NCBI GenBank assembly: GCA_964477785.1 | Contig: CAYZFL010000001.1 | Span: 1 to 36,344 of the forward strand | From: an uncultured Bacteroides sp. | GTDB taxonomy: Bacteria; Bacteroidota; Bacteroidia; Bacteroidales; Muribaculaceae | Direction: 5' to 3' | DNA: 36,344 nucleotides | Part shown: positions 18,881-27,411 of the stretch, piece after piece | How the letters are laid out: each line of letters opens with the position of its first letter | Numbering within the stretch: the first letter of the stretch is position 1 | Notes under the pieces: generated by a model | Database searches by the model: none | What the model was told of the DNA's origin: nothing | The model's input: only the letters and a program-made list of their open reading frames with translations | Made by a program: the position numbers and the translations under genes

Positions 18881-19708
18881 TCAGGGGAACATGGGATACT
18901 GGTCGAAGTCCGGGTCTCGCTTCTCGAGGAAAGCGTTCTTGCCCTCCTGGGCTTCGTCGGTGAGATAATACATCAGGGTAGCGTCGCCGGCAAACTCCAT
19001 CAGACCGGCCTGACCGTCGAGCTCGGCGTTGAGGGCGCGCTTTATCATGCGTATGGCGAAGGGGCTTCTCTTCATGATGAGACGGCACCATTCAACGGTT
19101 GTCTCCTCGAGCTTGTCGAAGGGCACCACGGTGTTGACCATACCCATCTCGAGGGCCTCCTGAGCCGTGTACTGCCTGCAGAGAAACCAAATCTCGCGGG
19201 CCTTCTTCTGACCGACGCAGCGGGCGAGATAGCTTGAGCCGAAACCGGCGTCGAAACTGCCCACCTTGGGACCTGTCTGGCCGAAACGGGCGTTTTCGGA
19301 AGCGATGCTGAGGTCGCATACGACCTGCAGCACGTTGCCGCCGCCTATGGAATAGCCGTTGACCATGGCGATGACCGGCTTGGGGATGCTGCGGATGGCG
19401 TGATGGAGCTCAAGCACATTGAGGCGCGGCACGCCGTTTGAGTCGTTATAGCCGCCGCGGGTCTTGTAGTTCTGGTCGCCGCCCGAGCAGAAAGCCTTGT
19501 CGCCGGCTCCGGTGAGCACTATCACCTTCACGCGGTTGCTCTCGCGGCAGTAAGCCATGGCGCGGAGCATCTCGAAATTGGTCTGAGGACGGAAGGCGTT
19601 GTAAACCTCGGGCCTGTTGATCATAATTCTGGCTATACCCTCGAAAAAATCAAATCTGATATCCTCGAAATCAAAACCTTCAATCGGCTGCCAGTCGTAT
19701 CTTTCCAT
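18881..19708 (-). CDS. menB: 1,4-dihydroxy-2-naphthoyl-CoA synthase
   Basis: [44 protein letters not shown]; likely start at ATG 19708 (MERYDW). Confidence 0.97.
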   Translation of the reverse strand: MERYDWQPIEGFDFEDIRFDFFEGIARIMINRPEVYNAFRPQTNFEMLRAMAYCRESNRVKVIVLTGAGDKAFCSGGDQNYKTRGGYNDSNGVPRLNVLELHHAIRSIPKPVIAMVNGYSIGGGNVLQVVCDLSIASENARFGQTGPKVGSFDAGFGSSYLARCVGQKKAREIWFLCRQYTAQEALEMGMVNTVVPFDKLEETTVEWCRLIMKRSPFAIRMIKRALNAELDGQAGLMEFAGDATLMYYLTDEAQEGKNAFLEKRDPDFDQYPMFP

Positions 19709-19739
19709 AATATAAACAGAATATTGCGGGTTTGAAATA

Positions 19740-21428
19740 TCATTTGAGCGCATCGAAATACCATCGGAGCGTCACCACGTTCTGCTCGGGGTCGGTGCGG
19801 ATTATAATCATGCGTTTAGAAGTCTGCGGGGCCTTGAGGGCCGCAATAAGGCTCTGACTGTCTTTCACCTCCACTGTATCAAAGCCGAAGCTGCGGCCGA
19901 GACTCATCCAGTCGTGTCTCCTGCCGCAGGCTAAGAACTGCTCGCGGCTTGAAAGGGAACGAGTGGAGGAAATGTGGCGGAAAATATCGCCGCCGCAGTT
20001 GTCGAGAATCATCACCGTGAAATTGTCGTGCAATGGTAGGGCGAGAGCGTTCAGGTCGTAGAAGGCACCCATGTCGCCCGTGACGAGCACCACGGGGCGG
20101 TCGGTTGCCATGGCAGCTCCGGCGGCTGTCGAGGTGCACCCCTCGATGCCATTAACCCCGCGGTTGGCGCCGATGCGGCCTGCCTGAGCGGCAAAGGAGG
20201 CGACGTCGGCATAGCGTATGCCCATCCCCTGCCCTAAATGGCATATTTTTCCGGTGAGGAAGCCGGAGCGCGAGATGTCGAAGAAAGCCCTGAGGTCGCT
20301 CCAGGGGGTCTCGGCAATCACCTCGGCGGTTCTCACCTTTACCTTCCGGGAAAGATCACGCCATCGTGCGGCATAGTCGCTTTCGGGACGCAAAGGCACC
20401 ATTGCCGAGGCGAGCTGCGGCAGAACGGTTTCGACCGGCGCCTCGATGCGCAGGGTAAGGCATCCGTACCGGTCTGAGGCAAGGACTCCGGTAGCTCCGA
20501 TGTGCCAGTGATGCATGCCGGTATTTTTCCTGAGCATGGCTTTGACGCGGCCCGATACAGCCGAGGCGCCAAAACTTATCAAAAGGTCCGGTGCCAGTTC
20601 CGGGGGCATCGCGGCCATGAGACCGTCGACGTTTGCCAATGATACATTCTTTATAAATGTGTTTGAGGCCGGTTCGGAAAGTATCACAACGTTGGGATGT
20701 GAAGCCAGCTTGCCTAAGGCGCGGAAAATGCGTCGGTCGGGCTCTGAGCATCCGACATAAATCATCACCTTATTATAAGAAGCTATGACGCGACCGAGCT
20801 CGCGCGCCTTTTCGGTGGTGATTTTCAGCTCCGGAAGGATGGTCCCGGTGAAATTCACCGCTTCCTTTGGTGCCTCGGGCGAGCTGTAAGCCCTGAGATT
20901 GTCGGCAAGCTCGAGGTTGACATGCACCGGACCGATGGGATATGCCTGGGCAAAGGAACAAGCCTCGGCCATTGTGCGCGACGCCTGATAAGGCGTAGTC
21001 TCAACCGGAATATTGTATGACGCTTTGACACAATCCCTGCCGTAAGCGCCCTGCTGGAAGATTGTCTGACCGTCGTCGCGGCCTATAAGTGTATGGGGCC
21101 GGTCAGCCGAGATTACCACGAGGGGAACATGCCGGTAGAAAGCCTCACTCAGAGCGGGAGCATAGTTGAGCATTGCACTGCCGGAGGTGCAGACAAGAGC
21201 CACCGACGCGCCGCTCTGGGCTGCGTAGCCGAGAGCGAAAAAAGCTGCGCTGCGCTCATCTGTAACGCTCAGGCATTTCATCCCGGAATCGTTTCCGAGG
21301 GCCTCGACAAGCGGCGAGTTGCGTGTGCCCGGAGACAATACGAAGGTATTGATTCCGACCATCCGAAGATTTTCCACAATAGCCTGAATTATTGTCATTT
21401 CGTTACTTTTGAGGCTCGGAACTGTCAT
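19740..21428 (-). CDS. menD: SEPHCHC synthase MenD (ThDP-dependent)
   Basis: [57 protein letters not shown]. Confidence 0.93.
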   Translation of the reverse strand: MTVPSLKSNEMTIIQAIVENLRMVGINTFVLSPGTRNSPLVEALGNDSGMKCLSVTDERSAAFFALGYAAQSGASVALVCTSGSAMLNYAPALSEAFYRHVPLVVISADRPHTLIGRDDGQTIFQQGAYGRDCVKASYNIPVETTPYQASRTMAEACSFAQAYPIGPVHVNLELADNLRAYSSPEAPKEAVNFTGTILPELKITTEKARELGRVIASYNKVMIYVGCSEPDRRIFRALGKLASHPNVVILSEPASNTFIKNVSLANVDGLMAAMPPELAPDLLISFGASAVSGRVKAMLRKNTGMHHWHIGATGVLASDRYGCLTLRIEAPVETVLPQLASAMVPLRPESDYAARWRDLSRKVKVRTAEVIAETPWSDLRAFFDISRSGFLTGKICHLGQGMGIRYADVASFAAQAGRIGANRGVNGIEGCTSTAAGAAMATDRPVVLVTGDMGAFYDLNALALPLHDNFTVMILDNCGGDIFRHISSTRSLSSREQFLACGRRHDWMSLGRSFGFDTVEVKDSQSLIAALKAPQTSKRMIIIRTDPEQNVVTLRWYFDALK

Positions 21429-21447
21429 AGTTATTAGTTTTATTCCC

Positions 21448-21475
21448 CAAAGTTATAGATTTTTTGTTAACTTTG
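21448..21475. promoter_or_regulatory. Overlapping divergent promoters (men operon and Omp85-eptA operon)
   Basis: CAAAGTTA (21448-21455) and TAACTTTG (21468-21475) are two perfect -7 boxes on opposite strands, 12 nt apart. Confidence 0.7.
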
Positions 21476-21490
21476 CAACGATTTTGTCAG

Positions 21491-22660
21491 ATGAAAACGA
21501 TATTAACAGCAGTCTTTTTAGTATTTTCTGTAGCTATTGATGCGGCCGCCGCAGAACCGGGAGTAAAAGAGCCTTCCGACTCGGTAAAATCGCGTCAGGT
21601 CGACAGCATATCCGACAAACCCAATCTTTTCGCGCGCATAAAACGATTCATCACTACCGAGCCGACGCCCCGCACCGACGGCAAACCCGACGTATGCTTC
21701 CTTGCGGGTCCGCATTATTCGTCGGACACAGGCTTCGGTCTGGCCACATACACGTCGATGCTCTACAAGACAGACTCACTGGCAAGGATGTCGAACTTCA
21801 ACGTATATGCCGACGCCACAACCAAAGCCCACTTCCGCGGCGGGGTCTACGGCACACAGTTTCACCGTGCCGACAGTGGGCGTTTCGACTACGATATAAG
21901 CTTCAACTATATAATGACGCGCTTCTGGGGCATAGGTTACGATACCGAGAGGCACGACTCAAACGGCTGCAACTACCGCTCTTTTTTCATGGACGCGCTA
22001 TTAGAGCATACCTGGCGCATATTTCCGGGATTTTACGCCGGCACGGGCCTGAGGGTGAAATACAACATGGCCCGCGACATGGACAAGCCGTGGCTCTGGG
22101 AACACCAGCGACTTGTCAACTGGACATGGGGTCCGGGCTTCACCCTCAACTATGATACCCGCGACAATCTCACCGACCCGAAAAAAGGCGTGAGAGCAGT
22201 ACTCAGCCAGTACTTCTATCCGCGCGGCCTCGGCAACAGGATGCCGTTTTCGGTCACCACCATCACGGCCTCGACATATATTCCGGTATGGAAAGGCGCC
22301 CTACTCGCGCCCAAATTCTATACCTCCCTGGCTTACGGCGACCCCAACTGGGACATGATGCCCATGCTCGGCGGCAGCGTGATGATGCGAGGCTATTTCC
22401 TTGGCCGATACCGCGACAAATGCGCCATGGAGGGCTGCCTGGAAATCCGCCAGCACATCTACGGCCCCCACGGTATGGTAGTGTGGGGCGGCGTGGGTGA
22501 GGTATTCCCGAAGCTTTCCCGGCTCACAGCGTCAAAAGTGCTGCCGAACTTCGGCTTAGGCTACCGTCTGCGCATCCGCCCGGGCATGAACGTGCGCGTC
22601 GACTTCGGAATAGGACGGGGCGAAACCGGCTTCATCTTCTCAATCTATGAGGCCTTCTGA
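21491..22660 (+). CDS. Omp85/BamA-TamA-family beta-barrel protein without POTRA domains
   Basis: Signal peptide from ATG 21491, PHYSSDTGFG first strand, YDTRDN..P.KG, loop-6 MRGY..GRYRD, C-terminal FSIYEAF. Confidence 0.85.
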   Translation: MKTILTAVFLVFSVAIDAAAAEPGVKEPSDSVKSRQVDSISDKPNLFARIKRFITTEPTPRTDGKPDVCFLAGPHYSSDTGFGLATYTSMLYKTDSLARMSNFNVYADATTKAHFRGGVYGTQFHRADSGRFDYDISFNYIMTRFWGIGYDTERHDSNGCNYRSFFMDALLEHTWRIFPGFYAGTGLRVKYNMARDMDKPWLWEHQRLVNWTWGPGFTLNYDTRDNLTDPKKGVRAVLSQYFYPRGLGNRMPFSVTTITASTYIPVWKGALLAPKFYTSLAYGDPNWDMMPMLGGSVMMRGYFLGRYRDKCAMEGCLEIRQHIYGPHGMVVWGGVGEVFPKLSRLTASKVLPNFGLGYRLRIRPGMNVRVDFGIGRGETGFIFSIYEAF

Positions 22661-22716
22661 CCGAACCATTTACAATCATAATTCTAATTCTCTCCCATAT
22701 CTCTCCCAAAGCTCCG

Positions 22717-24447
22717 ATGAAGAAATCACCCGACTCAATAAAAAGCACCCTCAACGCCATATTCGCGCCCAAAACGCTGATGTGGCTCTTTCCTTTCCTC
22801 CTAATCATCCCGAACGCCGTATTCTTCTTCACGGAGCCTACGGCGCTGCTGTCGAGAATCACCGACGTGCTTCTGCCGCTGGGTCTCTACATGCTCATAA
22901 TGTCGTGTTCCAGGAACGTGGGCCGTACCGCTCTGTTCTGCACTTTCTTTTCCCTTTTCGCGGCCTTCCAGATAGTTCTCCTCTACCTTTACGGAGAGTC
23001 GATTATTGCCGTAGACATGTATGTCAATCTTGTTACGACCAATTCTTCAGAGGCGGGCGAGCTTCTGAGCAATCTCGCCATGGCCATAGCGCTGATAGTA
23101 ATACTCTATTTCCCGCCGATAGTCTGGGGCGTGATGCTGATAATAAAGCGCCGCAAGGCAACGGCGGCCAGTCTCAGGATGCCGAGGCTCACGGGCTGCA
23201 TACTCACTGGGGCCGGACTTATAGGCCTCATGCTCTGCTATGCGCTCGTGCCGGGTTTCAAGATTAAGCGCGAGGTTTTTCCCGCCAACGTGCTCCACAA
23301 CATGTACACGGCAGTGGTGCGCACCTACGACGCCCAGCATTATTCGGTGACATCGGCCGATTTCTCCTACCATGCCGCCACAACCCGACCCATAGAAGAA
23401 AAGGAGATATACGTGCTGGTGATAGGCGAGACGTCCAGAGCCGACAACTGGCAGCTTCTGGGCTACGGTCGTCCCACGAATCCCAAACTCATGGAGCGCC
23501 GCGCCGACCTCGCCCTCTTCGACAAGGCCCTTTCGGAGAGCAACACCACCCACAAGGCTGTGCCTCTTCTCCTCACCCATCTCACGGCCGAGACTTTCGG
23601 CGACTCAATCTGCTTCACCAAGAGCATCATCTCGGCCTTCAACTCGGCCGGCTTCAACACCGCATATTTCTCAAACCAGCACCGCAATCACTCGTTTATA
23701 GACTTCTTCGCCAACGAGGCCCAGAAACATGAGTTCATACGCGATTATCAGAAAGGCGATACGCCCCCTTACGACATAAACCTCGTGACCTATCTCAGGG
23801 ACTATATAGGCACGGCGCCCAGCAACAAGATATTCGTTGTGCTCCACAGCTACGGATCACATTTCAACTATAAGGAACGCTATCCGCAGAAATATGCGGT
23901 GTTTACACCCGACAATTCCTCTCAGGCCGACAAGGCCAACCGCGGCCAGCTTGTCAACGCCTATGACAATACGATTGTGTTTACCGACGCCATGCTCGAC
24001 GATATAATCACGGCACTGGAGGCTGAAAACTGCAGCGCGGCAATGGTTTATTTATCGGATCACGGCGAAGATATCTTCGACGACGAGCGCGGCCGTTTCC
24101 TGCATTCGTCGCCCGTACCCACATATAATCAGATTCATGTGCCGCTGATTGTATGGACCTCGGAGACATTCCGGGAGGAGAATCCGCAGATCACGGCGGC
24201 GCTGAAGAAAAATGCAGGCAAGGATGTGTCTACAGCGCTCTCCGTGTTTCATACGCTTATACAGATCGGCGGCATTGAAACGCCGTATTTCAAACCTCAG
24301 GCTTCGCTCGGCGACTCGCTCTACGTGATGAAGCCCCGACGTTATCTCAACGACTATAACGAAGGCGTGGACTATGGTCATGCCGGCTTCCGAGAGCCCG
24401 ACTTCCATCGGCTCGACTCAGCCGATATCCGTTTCTGGTCAAGATAA
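22717..24447 (+). CDS. Phosphoethanolamine transferase (EptA-like, alkaline phosphatase superfamily)
   Basis: About five N-terminal TM helices, VIGETSRADN, nucleophile region SNTTHKAVP, HSYGSH, YDNTI, YLSDHGE. Confidence 0.9.
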   Translation: MKKSPDSIKSTLNAIFAPKTLMWLFPFLLIIPNAVFFFTEPTALLSRITDVLLPLGLYMLIMSCSRNVGRTALFCTFFSLFAAFQIVLLYLYGESIIAVDMYVNLVTTNSSEAGELLSNLAMAIALIVILYFPPIVWGVMLIIKRRKATAASLRMPRLTGCILTGAGLIGLMLCYALVPGFKIKREVFPANVLHNMYTAVVRTYDAQHYSVTSADFSYHAATTRPIEEKEIYVLVIGETSRADNWQLLGYGRPTNPKLMERRADLALFDKALSESNTTHKAVPLLLTHLTAETFGDSICFTKSIISAFNSAGFNTAYFSNQHRNHSFIDFFANEAQKHEFIRDYQKGDTPPYDINLVTYLRDYIGTAPSNKIFVVLHSYGSHFNYKERYPQKYAVFTPDNSSQADKANRGQLVNAYDNTIVFTDAMLDDIITALEAENCSAAMVYLSDHGEDIFDDERGRFLHSSPVPTYNQIHVPLIVWTSETFREENPQITAALKKNAGKDVSTALSVFHTLIQIGGIETPYFKPQASLGDSLYVMKPRRYLNDYNEGVDYGHAGFREPDFHRLDSADIRFWSR

Positions 24448-24477
24448 TCCTCCCCACCCCTTCAAAACCGCCACGCA

Positions 24478-26196
24478 ATGCCCGAACGCATCAACATAAA
24501 TGGAATCTCCACCCGGGGCGACATAAACTATGCCGGGAGGTGCAGCCCATGCCGAAACGGAAGCCGAAAACTTTCCACTGCGGCAGTGATTGTAGCGGCC
24601 CTGCTTGCCGCGGGGTTCGGCCTGGTGTTCTGGCTCGTGCCTTCATACGCCGACGACCTATGGTATGGCCTGCGCAACGCCCATTATATCCGCGGACTCG
24701 TGCCCGATGTCGACTGGCAGGGCGTGGCAGAGACAATACAGGAGCATTTCGCCACCGACAATGCCCGTCTGCCCAATGTGATTATGTCGTTTGCCGTACT
24801 TATGCCCAAGTGGATCTGTGCCCTGATCTCCACCCTGCTGTGGTTTTACGCCATCCGCAAAATTTTCAGCCTCGCGGGCATAGGAAAAGGCAAAGGCCTG
24901 CTTCCCGTGGCCTTGGGCGTATTTTTCATCTCTTTCCTGCTGCCGTGGTTTGAGGCTTTCGGCGCTCTCGCATATCAGCTGGCCTATATCTGGGGCACGG
25001 CCATCGTGCTGTGGTGCATGGGGAGGTTTATGGGGGAGCATGATAAGGCTAACCGGTCTAAACGGCAGGCGGCACTCTGTTTCGCGGCCGGTTTACTCTT
25101 AGGCGTGTGGCATGAGGGATTTTCGGTCACTTTCATGGCTTTCGGTGCCATGATGACAGTCTTAGACCGCCATCGTTACCTCAATAAAAGGAATGTGCTT
25201 ATGCTCGCCGGATGTTTTATCGGCACGCTCTATCTCTTCATCCTCTCTCCAGCGATGGACCGTGCCGACGGGTTGCACGAGGGACTCTCGGCGTCAAAAC
25301 TAATGATTACCGCCCTGGGCGAACCCGCCTTCATGCTTCTCTGCCTCGACTGGCTCCTTATTATATGCTTCAGACCTACGAGACGAAGGCTGAAAGAGGC
25401 TTCAAAGCGACAGAGCCTGATTTTCACCGGCTCGGTCACCGCCGGCGCCGCCGTAAATTTCATGATTCACCTGCTGTCGGTAAATTCGCCGCGTGCCGGC
25501 TGGTGCGGACAGATTTTCTCGATTATCGCCATCATCGTGCTCATAGGCATCGCCTTCCCCACCCGCTATAACCCGGGGCGGCAAAAAGGGATTACCCTCA
25601 AAGCCGTGGCCGCATGTCTGCTGCTCGCCATCTCCTTTCTGAGGCTCGGGGCATCCGACTATTACGCCCTAAAACTCCACAACGAGTTTCCCCGAGTGAT
25701 TGCCGAGGCCGGGGCATCGCCGGTGCATCAGGCTTTCACCGACTTTCCCACCGAATTCGACGCCCCGCTGATCTGCGCCTTCTTCCCCGACTTCACCTTC
25801 TATACCGCGGAAGCCAACCGCAAATTCATGATGCACTTTTATGACTTCGAGGACGAAGGATTTGCCGTAGTGCCCTCAAAACTCGCGCAAACCGCCCTAA
25901 ATGCCGGTCAGGCGATTGAATCCGACCGACAGATACGCCTTTTCGGCCCATATCTCTTCACCGCCGTGGAAAACATGCCCGAAATCACCGGTCAGGCGGG
26001 CGAATTCACGGCCGACGTGAGTTTCGGGCCCCTGACACGCCGCGGACAGCGGGTATTGTATTACCGATACACCTCGCGGGCCGACGGAAACGACTATTAC
26101 TGGCTCTACCCCTGGCGCAGCGTCCCCTTCTGCCTCCTGTCCACTCCGCAATCCGTCCGGAATATCGACTTCCACCAAAAGACAGAGCAAAATTAG
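24478..26196 (+). CDS. Polytopic membrane protein, DUF6056/GT-C glycosyltransferase-like
   Basis: TM1 followed by YADDLWY and DNARL in the first loop, roughly 11-12 TM segments, G.WHE motif, soluble C-terminal domain. The family call is by motif recognition only. Confidence 0.65.
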   Translation: MPERININGISTRGDINYAGRCSPCRNGSRKLSTAAVIVAALLAAGFGLVFWLVPSYADDLWYGLRNAHYIRGLVPDVDWQGVAETIQEHFATDNARLPNVIMSFAVLMPKWICALISTLLWFYAIRKIFSLAGIGKGKGLLPVALGVFFISFLLPWFEAFGALAYQLAYIWGTAIVLWCMGRFMGEHDKANRSKRQAALCFAAGLLLGVWHEGFSVTFMAFGAMMTVLDRHRYLNKRNVLMLAGCFIGTLYLFILSPAMDRADGLHEGLSASKLMITALGEPAFMLLCLDWLLIICFRPTRRRLKEASKRQSLIFTGSVTAGAAVNFMIHLLSVNSPRAGWCGQIFSIIAIIVLIGIAFPTRYNPGRQKGITLKAVAACLLLAISFLRLGASDYYALKLHNEFPRVIAEAGASPVHQAFTDFPTEFDAPLICAFFPDFTFYTAEANRKFMMHFYDFEDEGFAVVPSKLAQTALNAGQAIESDRQIRLFGPYLFTAVENMPEITGQAGEFTADVSFGPLTRRGQRVLYYRYTSRADGNDYYWLYPWRSVPFCLLSTPQSVRNIDFHQKTEQN

Positions 26197-26278
26197 CGGA
26201 GGCCGGTTCCAAAAAATGATATAAAAAAGCGACTCCTTGCATTTAACATTTTTTATGTGTCATTCACCCCTTTATATT

Positions 26279-26309
26279 TTTGGCGACTCCGATATATTTT
26301 GTATCTTTG
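26279..26309 (+). promoter_or_regulatory. Sigma-A promoter of the type V pilus locus
   Basis: TTTG (26279-26282), 19-nt spacer, TATCTTTG (26302-26309): full consensus, about 460 nt upstream of the first CDS. Confidence 0.8.
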
Positions 26310-26315
26310 CAGGCC

Positions 26316-26772
26316 ATATCTATGTTTGAGCCGATCGCGGCCATACCGATATGCCTTGTCGTTTATGCCTCACTATCAGGGCATAAGCCCAAATAAAAGC
26401 CTTTATCTACCCTCTCATCCGAGAGTGTTTCCGGAAAGCTTTCCACTGCTGCTCAATCTGTTATACATATACTTGCAACATTCAGATCTTTATCTTCATC
26501 ATAGCGGAAAGGCTCTATACCACAAGGCTTATACATAACCGGGCTCTCTGCGAGAACCTGTCTTTGACGGAAAGGTCATAGCTTTTCCGCCATAAGAAAG
26601 CTGACGGACTTCTGTCAGCCCCTATACTTACCTATTCCCCCATCCGCCGGATGCCCGTCATTTCATCCCCCGGATGTCAACACACAGATTATGCACTGTC
26701 ATCAAAGTGCATAATTCATAACCCGACCTTTGAATCATCCCTACGCTTGCTCATTTAATAAACGTATATAAA
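26316..26772 (+). promoter_or_regulatory. Long structured 5' leader with multiple hairpins
   Basis: Hairpins at 26363-26386, 26412-26425, 26568-26589, 26600-26619, 26641-26653, 26664-26676 and 26688-26715 (perfect 10-bp stem). Confidence 0.55.
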
Positions 26773-27381
26773 ATGAGACTTAATCACAACATCATCCACA
26801 CTCTGGCAGGCCTTGCGGCCCTGCTTGTCGTGACCTTCGGCGCTACTTCGCTCAGGGCACAGAAATTCGGAGTCAAGACCAATGTTATTTCCGATGCGAC
26901 ACTCAACGTCAACCTTGGCGCAGAGGCTGTTGTGGCACCAAAATGGTCGGTCGACGTAACAGGCGACCTCAATCTGTGGACTCTTTCCGACGGAAAGAAA
27001 TGGAAGCACTGGTATGTGCAGCCGGAGGCCCGCTACTGGCTCTGCCAGGCAACCGCCGGCCATTTCTTCGGGCTGCACGTCTTCGGCGGCCAGTACAACA
27101 TGGCCAAACTCGACGGCGGCTTCATGATGCTGGGCACCGACTTCCGCAACCTCAAGGACGCCCGCTATCAGGGCTGGTTTGCCGGTGCAGGCATAGCCTA
27201 CGGCTACAGCTGGGTGCTCAACCGCCACTGGAACATCGAGGCCGAGGTAGGCTTCGGCTGGGCTTACTCCCGCTACGACAAGTATCCCTGCGCCAGCTGC
27301 GGCAACAAGCTCCGCGACAATGCCGTGCATAACTATGTAGGCCCCACCAAGCTGGCCCTCAACCTCGTGTATGTTTTCTGA
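26773..27381 (+). CDS. DUF3575-family outer membrane beta-barrel protein
   Basis: Signal peptide, VKTN....TLNVN.G.E, HWYVQPEARYW, GHFFG.H, YGY.W, C-terminal GPTKLALNLVYVF. Confidence 0.88.
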   Translation: MRLNHNIIHTLAGLAALLVVTFGATSLRAQKFGVKTNVISDATLNVNLGAEAVVAPKWSVDVTGDLNLWTLSDGKKWKHWYVQPEARYWLCQATAGHFFGLHVFGGQYNMAKLDGGFMMLGTDFRNLKDARYQGWFAGAGIAYGYSWVLNRHWNIEAEVGFGWAYSRYDKYPCASCGNKLRDNAVHNYVGPTKLALNLVYVF

Positions 27382-27411
27382 TTGTCTCATCACAAAAGCT
27401 ATTATATAAAG

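Noticed and set aside
18872-18885. Perfect 14-bp palindrome CCTGAGGCCTCAGG at the menB stop codon
   Set aside because: Single copy with no loop or U tract; plausible by chance in 36 kb.
26197-26420. Invertible promoter for the pilus operon
   Set aside because: I found no inverted repeat of 10 bp or more flanking the promoter, and no recombinase gene in the window.
26257-26538. 93-aa ORF in the intergenic region before the pilus locus
   Set aside because: GTG start lies upstream of the consensus promoter and the ORF runs through it; composition is not protein-like.
26401-26720. CRISPR array or tRNA in the long intergenic region
   Set aside because: The repeats are short, degenerate and irregularly spaced; there is no cloverleaf with a T-loop and no cas gene.
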